A DNA stretch of 26,611 bases, from positions 1-26,611 of IMG/VR virus record IMGVR_UViG_3300008116_000327; one strand, 5' to 3'. Positions 9,158 to 18,481 of the stretch are shown one piece after another. Each line of letters opens with the position of its first letter. The stretch's first letter is position 1. The translations under genes were made by a program, and so were the position numbers. The notes under the pieces were generated by a model. The model did no database searches, was not told the origin of the DNA, and worked only from the letters and a program-made list of their open reading frames with translations. The DNA is from a virus. Lineage: Duplodnaviria > Caudoviricetes.

Positions 9158-11164
9158 CTAGAATGATAGGATAATTTTAATCTGGTCGATCTGATTGTCT
9201 AGTCGAACAACATTTTTGCGATTCTCAGTATATAACAAAGTACCACTAAATGGCTTAATTTCCGAGTTGGCAATTTCTATGATTGGAATAGAAATCCCTG
9301 AAGATTCGCCTTTTATCGCTTCTTGGACGGCAAAAGTACCAGTTATATTATTTATATACAAATAGTTATCGTTTGGATCCCAGTGAGCAACATTAGCAAC
9401 ACCAGATGCATTGATAACGGTAGAACCAACATAAACAGTTTCGTCTTGCACGAAGTTCGATACACCTGGATCAGCAACAAACAAACGAGTCGTTGCTCTT
9501 AAATTGTTAGAATTTGCGTATCGAGTCGTATTATTCGCAAATCGATATATTGGATCCTGGATGATCGAAACTTGATTAAAGTCAAATAGTTGGGCGACCT
9601 GACTTACTGGAATTGTTTCGTTTTCGGATCTAACCAATTCCGTAGAAATCATTAAGGTGTGACACCCTAGTTCCTCGAATGGATTAGATCCATGACCACC
9701 ATGAGGAGAGAACTGAATATTAAACTCAGCATTTGAGCGAGTAATTACTGCAGTTTGAGTGCAAGCTGCACTATTTACAGCAGCATTCAACGAGAGCTGC
9801 GTTGAAGAAACAGTAACAACATTTCGCGATTCTGAATTAACAGTGACAATGTCGTTTGGAAACACATTGGCTAAGAAGTATGGATTGTTCGAGAGATTAG
9901 CTGTGACTATCGAACCAGAAACATTAACTGTTCCTGGTAATGTAACAGTACCAAGTTTATCGTTATCATCGACTTCCACCGTACCGAGAGTGTAATTATT
10001 ACCACCAGCCAAGATCGTAACACCAGTGATTACACCACTCTCAACTCTTGCCATCAGATTAGCATTTGCTCCGTCAGTTCCCGTGACGGATATGATGCGA
10101 GCAGTATTAGAGTTTCCTCCCGCAACATGACCAGAACCACCCCATAAAACCTCAATAATGTCAATTGCACCGTCAACCGATCCAGCCACCACAGCCTGAT
10201 CAGTAATTACAGGCATCCACTTTTGATTAAAGAATTTTTGTTTTAAACCAGAAGGGATCGTATACAAATATTTCCATTTGTATCCATCTCCTGTCAAAAT
10301 AAATGGACTTTCTGGTAACTGTCCATCAATATCAATAGTTGGCTCTACTGTCGAAACAGCATTATTATTGTCAAAGATACATTTAAACACCTGATCACGA
10401 CTATTGCGAATATAGAAATTATTTGCAGTCAGTGGATAGGTATTGGAAACCGTAGAAACAGTAATATTAGAATTTGAATAAGTTAGCGCAGCATTTAAAG
10501 AAATAACTTTGCTGCTTCGAATTGCAACAATTTCTCGGTCGTCAGTATTAATTCTTACGACATCTCCCACTGAACGAGCAGTGAAGTCTGCAGAGTTTGC
10601 GACAAGAGTTTTGGTATTCTTAACAAGAACGATTGACCCACCAGTGTTTGTGTTTGCAAAATTGCTACTTACTACCAAATGATCATTGTTTGTGACAGAA
10701 ACAACCGTTTTTGTAGCAAGGTTGACTGCAATTTGATCACCAGGAAAAATATAATTTGAGAAAGAAGTTCCACTACCAACAACAACATTTGATGCTGTGA
10801 TATTTACTGTTCCTGCTAGTGTAGTATTTGCATTTGCGTTCGCAGTACCGATATTATTAATATCGATATAATTAAACATATTCACATGATCTTCATACTG
10901 ATCATAGGTTATTCCAGAAGCCCAATCTCTACGAGCAACAACTAACTGCATATCGCTAGATTGAATTTTCTTTAATCCGATAAGATTTCTATAGATTGAG
11001 TTAATATCAATTGTAGAATAAAGAACAGGATCCACATCTGTCACAGAGGAACCAAATTCTACAGATCTTCCAATACCAATATAGACATTGGCATCATTTG
11101 AGAACTGTTCTTTGATGTCCTCTGCAAGGAACTTACCGAAATATGGCGAGATTAATGCTTTCAT
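9158..11164 (-). CDS. gp8: Baseplate wedge subunit gp8, enlarged by inserted beta-modules
   Basis: NVYIGIGR, RRDWASGITYDQY, FYIRNSRDQVFKCIFDNNN..STVEP, DGYKWKYLYTI, PHGGHG, C-terminal SGTLLYTENR..QIKIILSF; directly downstream of gp7. Confidence 0.88.
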   Translation of the reverse strand: MKALISPYFGKFLAEDIKEQFSNDANVYIGIGRSVEFGSSVTDVDPVLYSTIDINSIYRNLIGLKKIQSSDMQLVVARRDWASGITYDQYEDHVNMFNYIDINNIGTANANANTTLAGTVNITASNVVVGSGTSFSNYIFPGDQIAVNLATKTVVSVTNNDHLVVSSNFANTNTGGSIVLVKNTKTLVANSADFTARSVGDVVRINTDDREIVAIRSSKVISLNAALTYSNSNITVSTVSNTYPLTANNFYIRNSRDQVFKCIFDNNNAVSTVEPTIDIDGQLPESPFILTGDGYKWKYLYTIPSGLKQKFFNQKWMPVITDQAVVAGSVDGAIDIIEVLWGGSGHVAGGNSNTARIISVTGTDGANANLMARVESGVITGVTILAGGNNYTLGTVEVDDNDKLGTVTLPGTVNVSGSIVTANLSNNPYFLANVFPNDIVTVNSESRNVVTVSSTQLSLNAAVNSAACTQTAVITRSNAEFNIQFSPHGGHGSNPFEELGCHTLMISTELVRSENETIPVSQVAQLFDFNQVSIIQDPIYRFANNTTRYANSNNLRATTRLFVADPGVSNFVQDETVYVGSTVINASGVANVAHWDPNDNYLYINNITGTFAVQEAIKGESSGISIPIIEIANSEIKPFSGTLLYTENRKNVVRLDNQIDQIKIILSF
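9349..9356 (-). promoter_or_regulatory. Candidate T4-type late promoter TATAAATA
   Basis: Exact consensus on the minus strand inside gp8, about 200 nt upstream of the DUF4815 start. Could occur by chance in AT-rich DNA. Confidence 0.35.
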
Positions 11165-11167
11165 TGT

Positions 11168-14100
11168 TTATCCAAGATCTTTAGTTAGAGTTACGACCCT
11201 ATAGTCATATGATTGATTCGTAGTCAAATATTTATCTTGCGCTGAATTAGTGAATGCAGATGTGACAGTTAGAGTATCATTATTAGTGATTGATGCAATA
11301 ACTCGAGTTTCATTATTTACAGTGATACTCATTCCGACTGCAACATTACCAACAAAGTAAGTTACATTTGGCGATGTCGTATTACCCGTAACGACAACAC
11401 TACTTGATAGTACATTTACAGTTCCAGGTAAAGTTTGACCAATGAAGTAGTTTGGAATCACATGATAAACTAATCCAGACACATTCGCTGGAACAGCGAT
11501 ATTTAATGTGATGTTATTAGAAGATATCGAGACAACATTTGCGTTTTGTACTGTGGCTCTTCTGTATAAGGTTGCTCCAGTTGCAGCATCTTCAAATGCG
11601 GAGTTAACATTCATAACTGTTCCGCTTGCAATATTTACAACTTGTCGAATCTCATTATTTACGGTGACGAAATCGCCAACAACCAAGTCTGCGCTGAAGG
11701 CAGTTGCAGTTCCCACAACCTTACCATTTTGTGTAAATACCTGCACCGTTCCTGTTTGAGCCTTATAGACATTTGCAACTGCAATATTAAAGGACAGATT
11801 ATCACCTGCAACAATCATATCAGAAATAGCGTTCACATTGCCAGAGATTTGAACGATAGTATTTTGAAGTTTATGAATAGAGTTTCCTGTACCAAAATAG
11901 ATAAATGGTGCATTAACCGTTATATGAGTTCCATCAGTTACCGTTATGACTTCGCGAGTTTGATTATTTACCGTAATAATATCATTTGCAGCGAGCTGTC
12001 CTGTGAAGTTCGTACCAGCACCAAGAATAATATTATTTTGTTTATAAATCGATGCACCAGTTGCATGATGTGTATAGTTAGCATTCACTTGTAGAGTTGT
12101 GTCGTTTGTAACTACCGTAACCCGACGAGGCTCATTATTGATTGTGATTATATCGCCAACATTAATTTGTGGATCAAAGTTTGTTCCAGATCCTGTTACA
12201 ACATTTGAACGAAGATATAGCAATTGAGTATTTGCTGGATATGTAAATGCAGCATTCACCTCAAGTCGATCTGCTGCACTGACGAAAGTTACCTCACGGA
12301 TTTCGCTATTCACAGTAATAATATCACCAATATCAATGTCTGTGTCAAAGGAAGTACCACTACCGAGAACGACTACATTCGAGAGAAATGCTACATTGTC
12401 GGTTCCTGCATTACTGAATACAGCATTTACAAGCAAATGTTGGTTATTTGTAATCGAAGTAATTCGTCTTACTTGATTATTAATTGTTAGAATGTCATTT
12501 ACAAGAACTTGTGTTGTGAACGATGTAGCATTACCGACAACAACATTAGTTGTGTAGACATTAACTGTTCCTGTAATTCTCTCATTAACATTTACAGTTC
12601 CAGAAATTGCTGGGTTTAGAACGGCTGTCCCTGTCACAGCAGGATTAATGAGTACTGTTCCAGTTAATGCACTATAAACTGTATTGCTGTTTGCTCTACC
12701 TTGACCAGTGATCACAAAATTACCTTCAACATTCAATGATGTATTGGAAAGAACCTCAGTAACAACCTTTGTCTGTGTTCTGAGAGAAGGATCGTTTGCA
12801 ATAGAATTAGCAGTAAATGCACCACTGTAATTTAAGATGAACAAATCACCAACATTGACTTTAGTATTTGCTGCACCGCCACCAATGCTACTTGTAAAGT
12901 CTGTTCCAAATCCAGTAATTGTATTTGATCTGGAGTTTGCAACACTCACACGAGAAGAATCGTATTTTGATAGTAGCACATCAGCATTTGAAGTAAGAAC
13001 AATTGCAGCATTATCCTCGCTTTGTGCAATTCTTTTTGCAGTTAGCGACATTCCAGCTGGATGCGAAATGTTCTTTATGGTATTCTCATACTCAATTAAA
13101 TCTTTTTCTGCTTGAATAATATATGAGAAATTATGGTAGATTGTATCATCTTGAAGAACTTTATCAGCACTTGGGAATCCATCTGTATTCAAGAAGAATC
13201 CATTGAATTCGATAAGACCATTTGCGAATTGCGCATTTGCGCGAGCTCGACCATTTCCATAATACATCGGATTTGGTAGATCAGCGACAGATTCTGGATA
13301 GAATGTTGATGGACCAGTTCCAACAAGAACACCACGAACAGGAACTGGAACTCTTTCGGTAGTATCAACATCGATGAAAAGATTATTTGCAGTAACTAAT
13401 GACTGCTCGACATTAATTGAGCCTGAATAATTGTATAGTCGAAGAACATTTGTTGTTCTGTTATAGGACTTAACATTTGCTCGGAAAGTTGAATTCTGTA
13501 GTGATGTGCCTTGGTAGATATATTCTTGTTCATAAACAGTATCTGCTTCAGCCAACGCATCAACAACAGTGTCAAGGACTTTTAGTGAGATAGTTGGTGT
13601 GGAAACATAATCATAACCACGGTACAACAAACGAATATCCTGCACACGACCGATTGCCGAAGTGTCAATTGTTTCTTGGAACCCATCACCAAATAAGTAA
13701 CCTGTTAGTGTTGCCTCGTCACCATCTCGTCGTTGAATTGTTTGACTTGTCGCATTTGCAGTAAATGCAGAATTGACGAGTAATAGTGTATTGTTAGTGA
13801 CTGCAACAACTCTTCGAACCTCACTATTGATACGAATTACGCTCTTATTTGAAATATCTGATAAGAAAGTCGTCGAAGATCCCGTCACAACTCTGCTTCT
13901 GTTGTTTACAGTTGCAGTTCCAGTTAGCGTGTCATATGAAACTGAAGAGCGATTCATAATAATTTCTGGTCGCTCAAGATATCCTTCTCCACGATTATCA
14001 AGAACAATAGAGGTAATTGCTCCATTGGATGCAACAGATTGAACATACCCGTTTGCACCATACCCACGACCGACAAAAATTAATCCATCGCCAACAGTGT

Positions 14101-16018
14101 ATTCTGTACCACCACTGTTGATATGCACATGCGCCAACACTCCAAGGTCGGCAAAGTTTTGCCATAACCCTATTTTTGTATCTTGTTCTAGTGAGTTGTT
14201 ATAGTCGTAATCTTCAGACCAATTAGTATCATAATATGAATCAATTTCAAGAGATGGTTCAGCACGAAATCCGAAACCGCCTTCTAATACAGAAATTGCA
14301 GAGATACCACCAGTGTTGACGGTCTCAAAATCTAATCCTTGAACAATCATTGATTCTGCATTCGCAGGAATTGGAACTCCATATGGAGAACTTACTGCAG
14401 CGATAGTCCAAGTTTTACCACTATTAACTGCAGCCAGTGTTGCACCTGGTCCTGCTAAAATTTGTGCTAAAGAACCAGAATATTGTGTGTCATAGATTAA
14501 AAGTGGAGCAGTAGCGTCTGGACCAATATAGTCGGCAAATACATCGACTCGATATGCATTCTTATTCGTTACAGTTGCAGAATAAGCAGAAGTAACTGTA
14601 AGATGTTCATTATTTGTGATGGCTGAAATAGTTTGATCTTCGCCCTCAACTCTTAATGATTGCCCTGTTTTTAATTCATAAGAGAACTGTGTGTTAGATC
14701 CCCAAACTGTACCATTAGTGCTGTATACATTTACTGTGCCAGTAATTTTTGTATTACCGTTTGGTGTACCAACATAACCAACAAACAATGCATCGAATTG
14801 ATTATTTCCGTTAGCCCAAACTTTTTCGAAGTTTTCGAAATAGTCTGTATAATCTTCTTCGGTTGCATTAAGAATAATATTAATATTGTTTGGTGTCATT
14901 GGTGCAAAATTTGCCGCACCAATTAATGTATCTTCTAAAAATTCAATAGAGGTTTTGTCGTAAGTAATTGATTCTAGATAATTCTTCTGGCTATTTGATG
15001 TGCAAGCAGATGTATTCAGAGCAATAACTCGAAGATCTGTCGACGAGTTTGCTTCATCGTCATCAACGCCAAGAGTTCTTAGCACAACAACTTGTGTGTT
15101 ATAATACTCGCGATAACCGTAGCCTAAAAATGTTGGTGTAACTGCCTCAATAGATCCGCGAGTTACATTACCAACTATTGCCGCAGCATCATTGGCTTCT
15201 GCTGAGGTTCCGAGACCGCCAGTAATTACGACTGGATCACCAACATTATACAACAATCCTCGTCTTCTTTGTGTTGGATCAGTGCGAATATTTGAATCAA
15301 CGCGAACATTAGACAATGTACCAATAATTCTTTCACGAAATACTCTATCGATACCATTTGCATCGACATAGTTAATGAGAATGTCTTCACCGTTATTGAA
15401 GTATTTGGTGATGTTTGAGATATAAATCTCAATAATTTCTCTACCATTTGTTTCATCAATGGTACGATTAGCGGACTCGATAATACAAGTCGCGCCAGAA
15501 ATTGAACCAACAACAAGTTTTCTTTCTAAGAGATTGACATCTACATTTTTATTTGATTCGCCAACTGTAATTCTAAATGCTCTTGGCTTTTTCCATTTAC
15601 CGTCTGATGCAATCAGAATCTGTTCTTTAGGATAGTTGACTTCTAAATCAGTGTCGTATAATGCCTTGAATAACCACTTGAGTGATTCTTCACTACCCTT
15701 TTTATTATAATATTCTCTCGCGCTCTTGAGAATCTTTTTAATATCGAGCGAAGGATTTTCTGGAAAATGTGGCAACAATTCATCTTTAAAGTATCGAATA
15801 AACTCATCTGGAGTTTCGTCGATATCTCTATAATCGCCAATTTGCATGGCATGATAGATTGTATTGCCTGCAGTGTTAGAAATACCAGCAGGAGCATTTT
15901 GCTCAAGCCAAGAATAATATAGTTCGATGAAACGCTTAAACTGTGGATGATTCCCGTTAATAAAATCGGGAAGTTGCGTCTGAACTAATGCTGATATTGT
16001 TTTTTCAGCTGCCGCCAT
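11168..16018 (-). CDS. gp7: Baseplate wedge initiator gp7-like protein with a long C-terminal repeat extension
   Basis: N-terminal ISALVQTQLPDFI..FIELYYSWLE, YYNKKGSEESLKWLFKALY, YPKEQILIASDGKW; later LQDDTIYHNFSYII..HPAG. Lies between gp6 and gp8. ATG at 16018 preferred over the TTG at 16030, which overlaps gp6. Confidence 0.82.
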   Translation of the reverse strand: MAAAEKTISALVQTQLPDFINGNHPQFKRFIELYYSWLEQNAPAGISNTAGNTIYHAMQIGDYRDIDETPDEFIRYFKDELLPHFPENPSLDIKKILKSAREYYNKKGSEESLKWLFKALYDTDLEVNYPKEQILIASDGKWKKPRAFRITVGESNKNVDVNLLERKLVVGSISGATCIIESANRTIDETNGREIIEIYISNITKYFNNGEDILINYVDANGIDRVFRERIIGTLSNVRVDSNIRTDPTQRRRGLLYNVGDPVVITGGLGTSAEANDAAAIVGNVTRGSIEAVTPTFLGYGYREYYNTQVVVLRTLGVDDDEANSSTDLRVIALNTSACTSNSQKNYLESITYDKTSIEFLEDTLIGAANFAPMTPNNINIILNATEEDYTDYFENFEKVWANGNNQFDALFVGYVGTPNGNTKITGTVNVYSTNGTVWGSNTQFSYELKTGQSLRVEGEDQTISAITNNEHLTVTSAYSATVTNKNAYRVDVFADYIGPDATAPLLIYDTQYSGSLAQILAGPGATLAAVNSGKTWTIAAVSSPYGVPIPANAESMIVQGLDFETVNTGGISAISVLEGGFGFRAEPSLEIDSYYDTNWSEDYDYNNSLEQDTKIGLWQNFADLGVLAHVHINSGGTEYTVGDGLIFVGRGYGANGYVQSVASNGAITSIVLDNRGEGYLERPEIIMNRSSVSYDTLTGTATVNNRSRVVTGSSTTFLSDISNKSVIRINSEVRRVVAVTNNTLLLVNSAFTANATSQTIQRRDGDEATLTGYLFGDGFQETIDTSAIGRVQDIRLLYRGYDYVSTPTISLKVLDTVVDALAEADTVYEQEYIYQGTSLQNSTFRANVKSYNRTTNVLRLYNYSGSINVEQSLVTANNLFIDVDTTERVPVPVRGVLVGTGPSTFYPESVADLPNPMYYGNGRARANAQFANGLIEFNGFFLNTDGFPSADKVLQDDTIYHNFSYIIQAEKDLIEYENTIKNISHPAGMSLTAKRIAQSEDNAAIVLTSNADVLLSKYDSSRVSVANSRSNTITGFGTDFTSSIGGGAANTKVNVGDLFILNYSGAFTANSIANDPSLRTQTKVVTEVLSNTSLNVEGNFVITGQGRANSNTVYSALTGTVLINPAVTGTAVLNPAISGTVNVNERITGTVNVYTTNVVVGNATSFTTQVLVNDILTINNQVRRITSITNNQHLLVNAVFSNAGTDNVAFLSNVVVLGSGTSFDTDIDIGDIITVNSEIREVTFVSAADRLEVNAAFTYPANTQLLYLRSNVVTGSGTNFDPQINVGDIITINNEPRRVTVVTNDTTLQVNANYTHHATGASIYKQNNIILGAGTNFTGQLAANDIITVNNQTREVITVTDGTHITVNAPFIYFGTGNSIHKLQNTIVQISGNVNAISDMIVAGDNLSFNIAVANVYKAQTGTVQVFTQNGKVVGTATAFSADLVVGDFVTVNNEIRQVVNIASGTVMNVNSAFEDAATGATLYRRATVQNANVVSISSNNITLNIAVPANVSGLVYHVIPNYFIGQTLPGTVNVLSSSVVVTGNTTSPNVTYFVGNVAVGMSITVNNETRVIASITNNDTLTVTSAFTNSAQDKYLTTNQSYDYRVVTLTKDLG
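11861..12664 (-). repeat. Four 10-aa repeats followed by four 57-aa repeats within gp7
   Basis: TGTVLINPAV / TGTAVLNPAI / SGTVNVNERI / TGTVNVYTTN (12664-12545), then four units of VVxGxGTxF....GDIITxNxxxRxVxxVxxxxxLxVNAxF.. (12544-11861). Confidence 0.9.
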
Positions 16019-16022
16019 ATTA

Positions 16023-18086
16023 TTACTCAATAATTGCGTTTATGGTGACTGACAATGCAGTAGGATCAGATAGATCAAGAGTTATAATTCTATTTCTTTC
16101 TGATGAGAATATTTTCTTTGTTGGTGTTGCCGTAATTACAAGAGTTCCAAATGGATCAGAAACGGCAGTTGGGAAAAAGTTATTTAATGTCACCAGCCCT
16201 GTCTTATAATTAATCGTGCCGATATTTTCAACGACCGTTTTCTTAATACTATTAGTGATGGTATAAATCTTCAATTGACCATATCGCCCTTGTAGAATTG
16301 GTCGTAAAACTGCACCAGCTCCTCCGCCACCATCAATTCTTGCAGTCGCTGAGGTGTATCCAGTTCCTGGATTTACAATTTGAATCTTTCGAATAGATCC
16401 GTTTACAACGAGTGCCTGTGCAACAGCACCTATGCCATCACCCTCAATAACAACAGAAGGAGTTGTTGTAAAGCCACTACCTGGAGCAGTTACTTCTATC
16501 TCCTCAACACCAGTATATGACTGTAGAACTTCTTCAATAAAACATTCTCTTTCAATATTTGCGCTATCAACATAAGTGAATGAAGGAGTTGATGTAAGTC
16601 TTTGTAAAGTTGTGCCTTGCTGCAATTCTGTACCAAAGTTAATTGAATAACTTTGTGAGCGAGTTGTATCAGGAGCAAATCGTTTTTCGATTACAACCTT
16701 CACATCATTACTTGTGATTGAGTTTTCAGAGTCATCAATTACACGAGATAATTGAGAAACTTTAAATGAGTTGTTAAAGGTGTCTAAACTGGTATTTGCA
16801 AAATTACGAATTGTAGAAACAACTGTCGCTTTGACCTCTTCTGCAGTTTTATTTGTTCTTGTTGGATCGAAATTAACATCAACTGACAGATTTAAATAGT
16901 TATAATCAGCAGCAACATACTCTGGCGTTACTGTTAACACAGAGAATGGCTTAATCACATTGTTCTTCACAAATTCAATTTCTGTTGTAGTAATCTCATA
17001 TCCACCGAGTGGCTTTGCAGTAAAGAAAACCTTTCCAAAAACTGGAGGATCATTGTCTTCTCCACCCCAAACATTTACTGCTTCGAAGTATGGATAGTCG
17101 CGATTGATCAATGCAATATAATCATTCTTCGTAACTGCACGATTTTGAGCAATATAAGATTTAGGTGCAGTAAACTTAATTTGATCGATAGTTTCTGCCA
17201 CTGCACCAGCAGAAGATTCGCTTCGCAGCGTAACTGTAGTTGTTGTGTTTGTTAAAATATTGTCAAGTAAACGGAATGACTTTAATCCATTTGCAGATAA
17301 ACCAGCGGTCACAACATAAGAAACAATGACAATATTTCCGTCTGAAAGTTTCTTACCAATTACATCATCACCAAAATAAATTTGATATCGACCATTTTTA
17401 TTTTCTTCAAGATAATACACTGGAGCGGTTTCGTCAACATCAGTGGCATCTTGAGCCAGAATAAATGTTTCTAGATTTGCGTTTTGTGGTGATTTTTGCA
17501 CAGTCACAAATAGTGTTGAAGTATCGATACCGCTATCTTGCAATTCGAATACTTGATTTGGGTTTGTCTGAGAATTGTAGGTATATGTAAATGTTATTGG
17601 CTGACCTTCTTTAATTTCTAGGTTCTCAGCATTAAACAATCCTGTTGTTGCATTCTTTGACACGATACGAGCTGATGGTGTTACGAAGATATAATTGACA
17701 CCATCTTTTGTTTCAGAAACAAATCGTGTGAAGCGAGGAATAACAATAGAACTATTTGAATCATTCGCAACTGGAGTGATCGTTAGATCTACTGCAGCCT
17801 TTGATGCAACTCGTGAGCGAGGAGTGTAACCAAGAAGTTTTGCGTGAGACACAACTGCGCCACGAGTGAGAGCAGTATCAATAAACATTTCATTGGCTAC
17901 CATATTTAAATAGTAACCCATATAATGAGTGTTATACGCAAGAACATCGATAAGTGTCGACAAACCTGAGCCTTCAAAATTATAGTCGCTGAACTCTGAT
18001 TGAGCCTGCATGAACTCTTTTAGATTTCGCTTGATTGTATCGAAATCTAATTCAGCAACTTGAAGTTTTGCATCAATGTTTGCCAT
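16023..18086 (-). CDS. gp6: Baseplate wedge subunit gp6
   Basis: ELDFDTIKRNLKEF..FSDYNFEGSGLS.LIDVLAYNTHY..NEMFIDTA..VVSHAKLLGYTP; YFGDDVIGK; AQNRAVTKNDY; VWGGEDNDPP. Confidence 0.95.
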   Translation of the reverse strand: MANIDAKLQVAELDFDTIKRNLKEFMQAQSEFSDYNFEGSGLSTLIDVLAYNTHYMGYYLNMVANEMFIDTALTRGAVVSHAKLLGYTPRSRVASKAAVDLTITPVANDSNSSIVIPRFTRFVSETKDGVNYIFVTPSARIVSKNATTGLFNAENLEIKEGQPITFTYTYNSQTNPNQVFELQDSGIDTSTLFVTVQKSPQNANLETFILAQDATDVDETAPVYYLEENKNGRYQIYFGDDVIGKKLSDGNIVIVSYVVTAGLSANGLKSFRLLDNILTNTTTTVTLRSESSAGAVAETIDQIKFTAPKSYIAQNRAVTKNDYIALINRDYPYFEAVNVWGGEDNDPPVFGKVFFTAKPLGGYEITTTEIEFVKNNVIKPFSVLTVTPEYVAADYNYLNLSVDVNFDPTRTNKTAEEVKATVVSTIRNFANTSLDTFNNSFKVSQLSRVIDDSENSITSNDVKVVIEKRFAPDTTRSQSYSINFGTELQQGTTLQRLTSTPSFTYVDSANIERECFIEEVLQSYTGVEEIEVTAPGSGFTTTPSVVIEGDGIGAVAQALVVNGSIRKIQIVNPGTGYTSATARIDGGGGAGAVLRPILQGRYGQLKIYTITNSIKKTVVENIGTINYKTGLVTLNNFFPTAVSDPFGTLVITATPTKKIFSSERNRIITLDLSDPTALSVTINAIIE

Positions 18087-18087
18087 G

Positions 18088-18480
18088 TTATCTTACTCGT
18101 TCTAGGAAGAAGGTTATTGTAATTGGTTGTGGATCATTTCGAATAATAAACTTAATTGACACATCATATCCATTCTTATCGTAATCTGGATTCGCTGTCA
18201 CATCTAATAACTGAACTCTGGTCTCATAATTAACAATAGTTTTTGTAATCTCTTCGATTATATTATTTGTTGTAATATTATCTATAGGCTCAAACAAGTA
18301 TCGTTTTAAATTGCATCCGAGTTCTGGATTAAATAATCTCTCATAATGCGAAGTTTGTAGCAAATTACCAATAGACTGAGCGATCGCATTTTCATTAGTC
18401 TTTTTAAGAATATCACTAGTAATCGGATTTGGCATAAAATCCACATCAATATCACTAAATGTTCTTGTTGATAGTGCCAT
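18088..18480 (-). CDS. gp25: Baseplate wedge subunit gp25
   Basis: 130 aa; FSDID..F..NP, AIAQSIGNLLQT..ERLFNPELGC..LFE, YETRV, terminal LERVR; directly upstream of gp6. Confidence 0.93.
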   Translation of the reverse strand: MALSTRTFSDIDVDFMPNPITSDILKKTNENAIAQSIGNLLQTSHYERLFNPELGCNLKRYLFEPIDNITTNNIIEEITKTIVNYETRVQLLDVTANPDYDKNGYDVSIKFIIRNDPQPITITFFLERVR

Positions 18481-18481
18481 C

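Noticed and set aside
11861-12664. Repeats as a CRISPR array or DGR template/variable repeat pair
   Set aside because: Similarity is at protein level with synonymous divergence. There are no identical DNA repeats, no adenine-specific mismatch pattern and no reverse transcriptase or cas gene in the window.
11508-14042. Several 80-150 aa plus-strand ORFs opposite gp7
   Set aside because: Fully antisense to a well-supported gene and explained by its codon bias.
16300-16510. GxGY/F repeat insert in gp6, also present in gp7, gp8 and the DUF4815 C-half
   Set aside because: Real, but a common feature of structural proteins in cyanophage-type T4-likes, so not novel.
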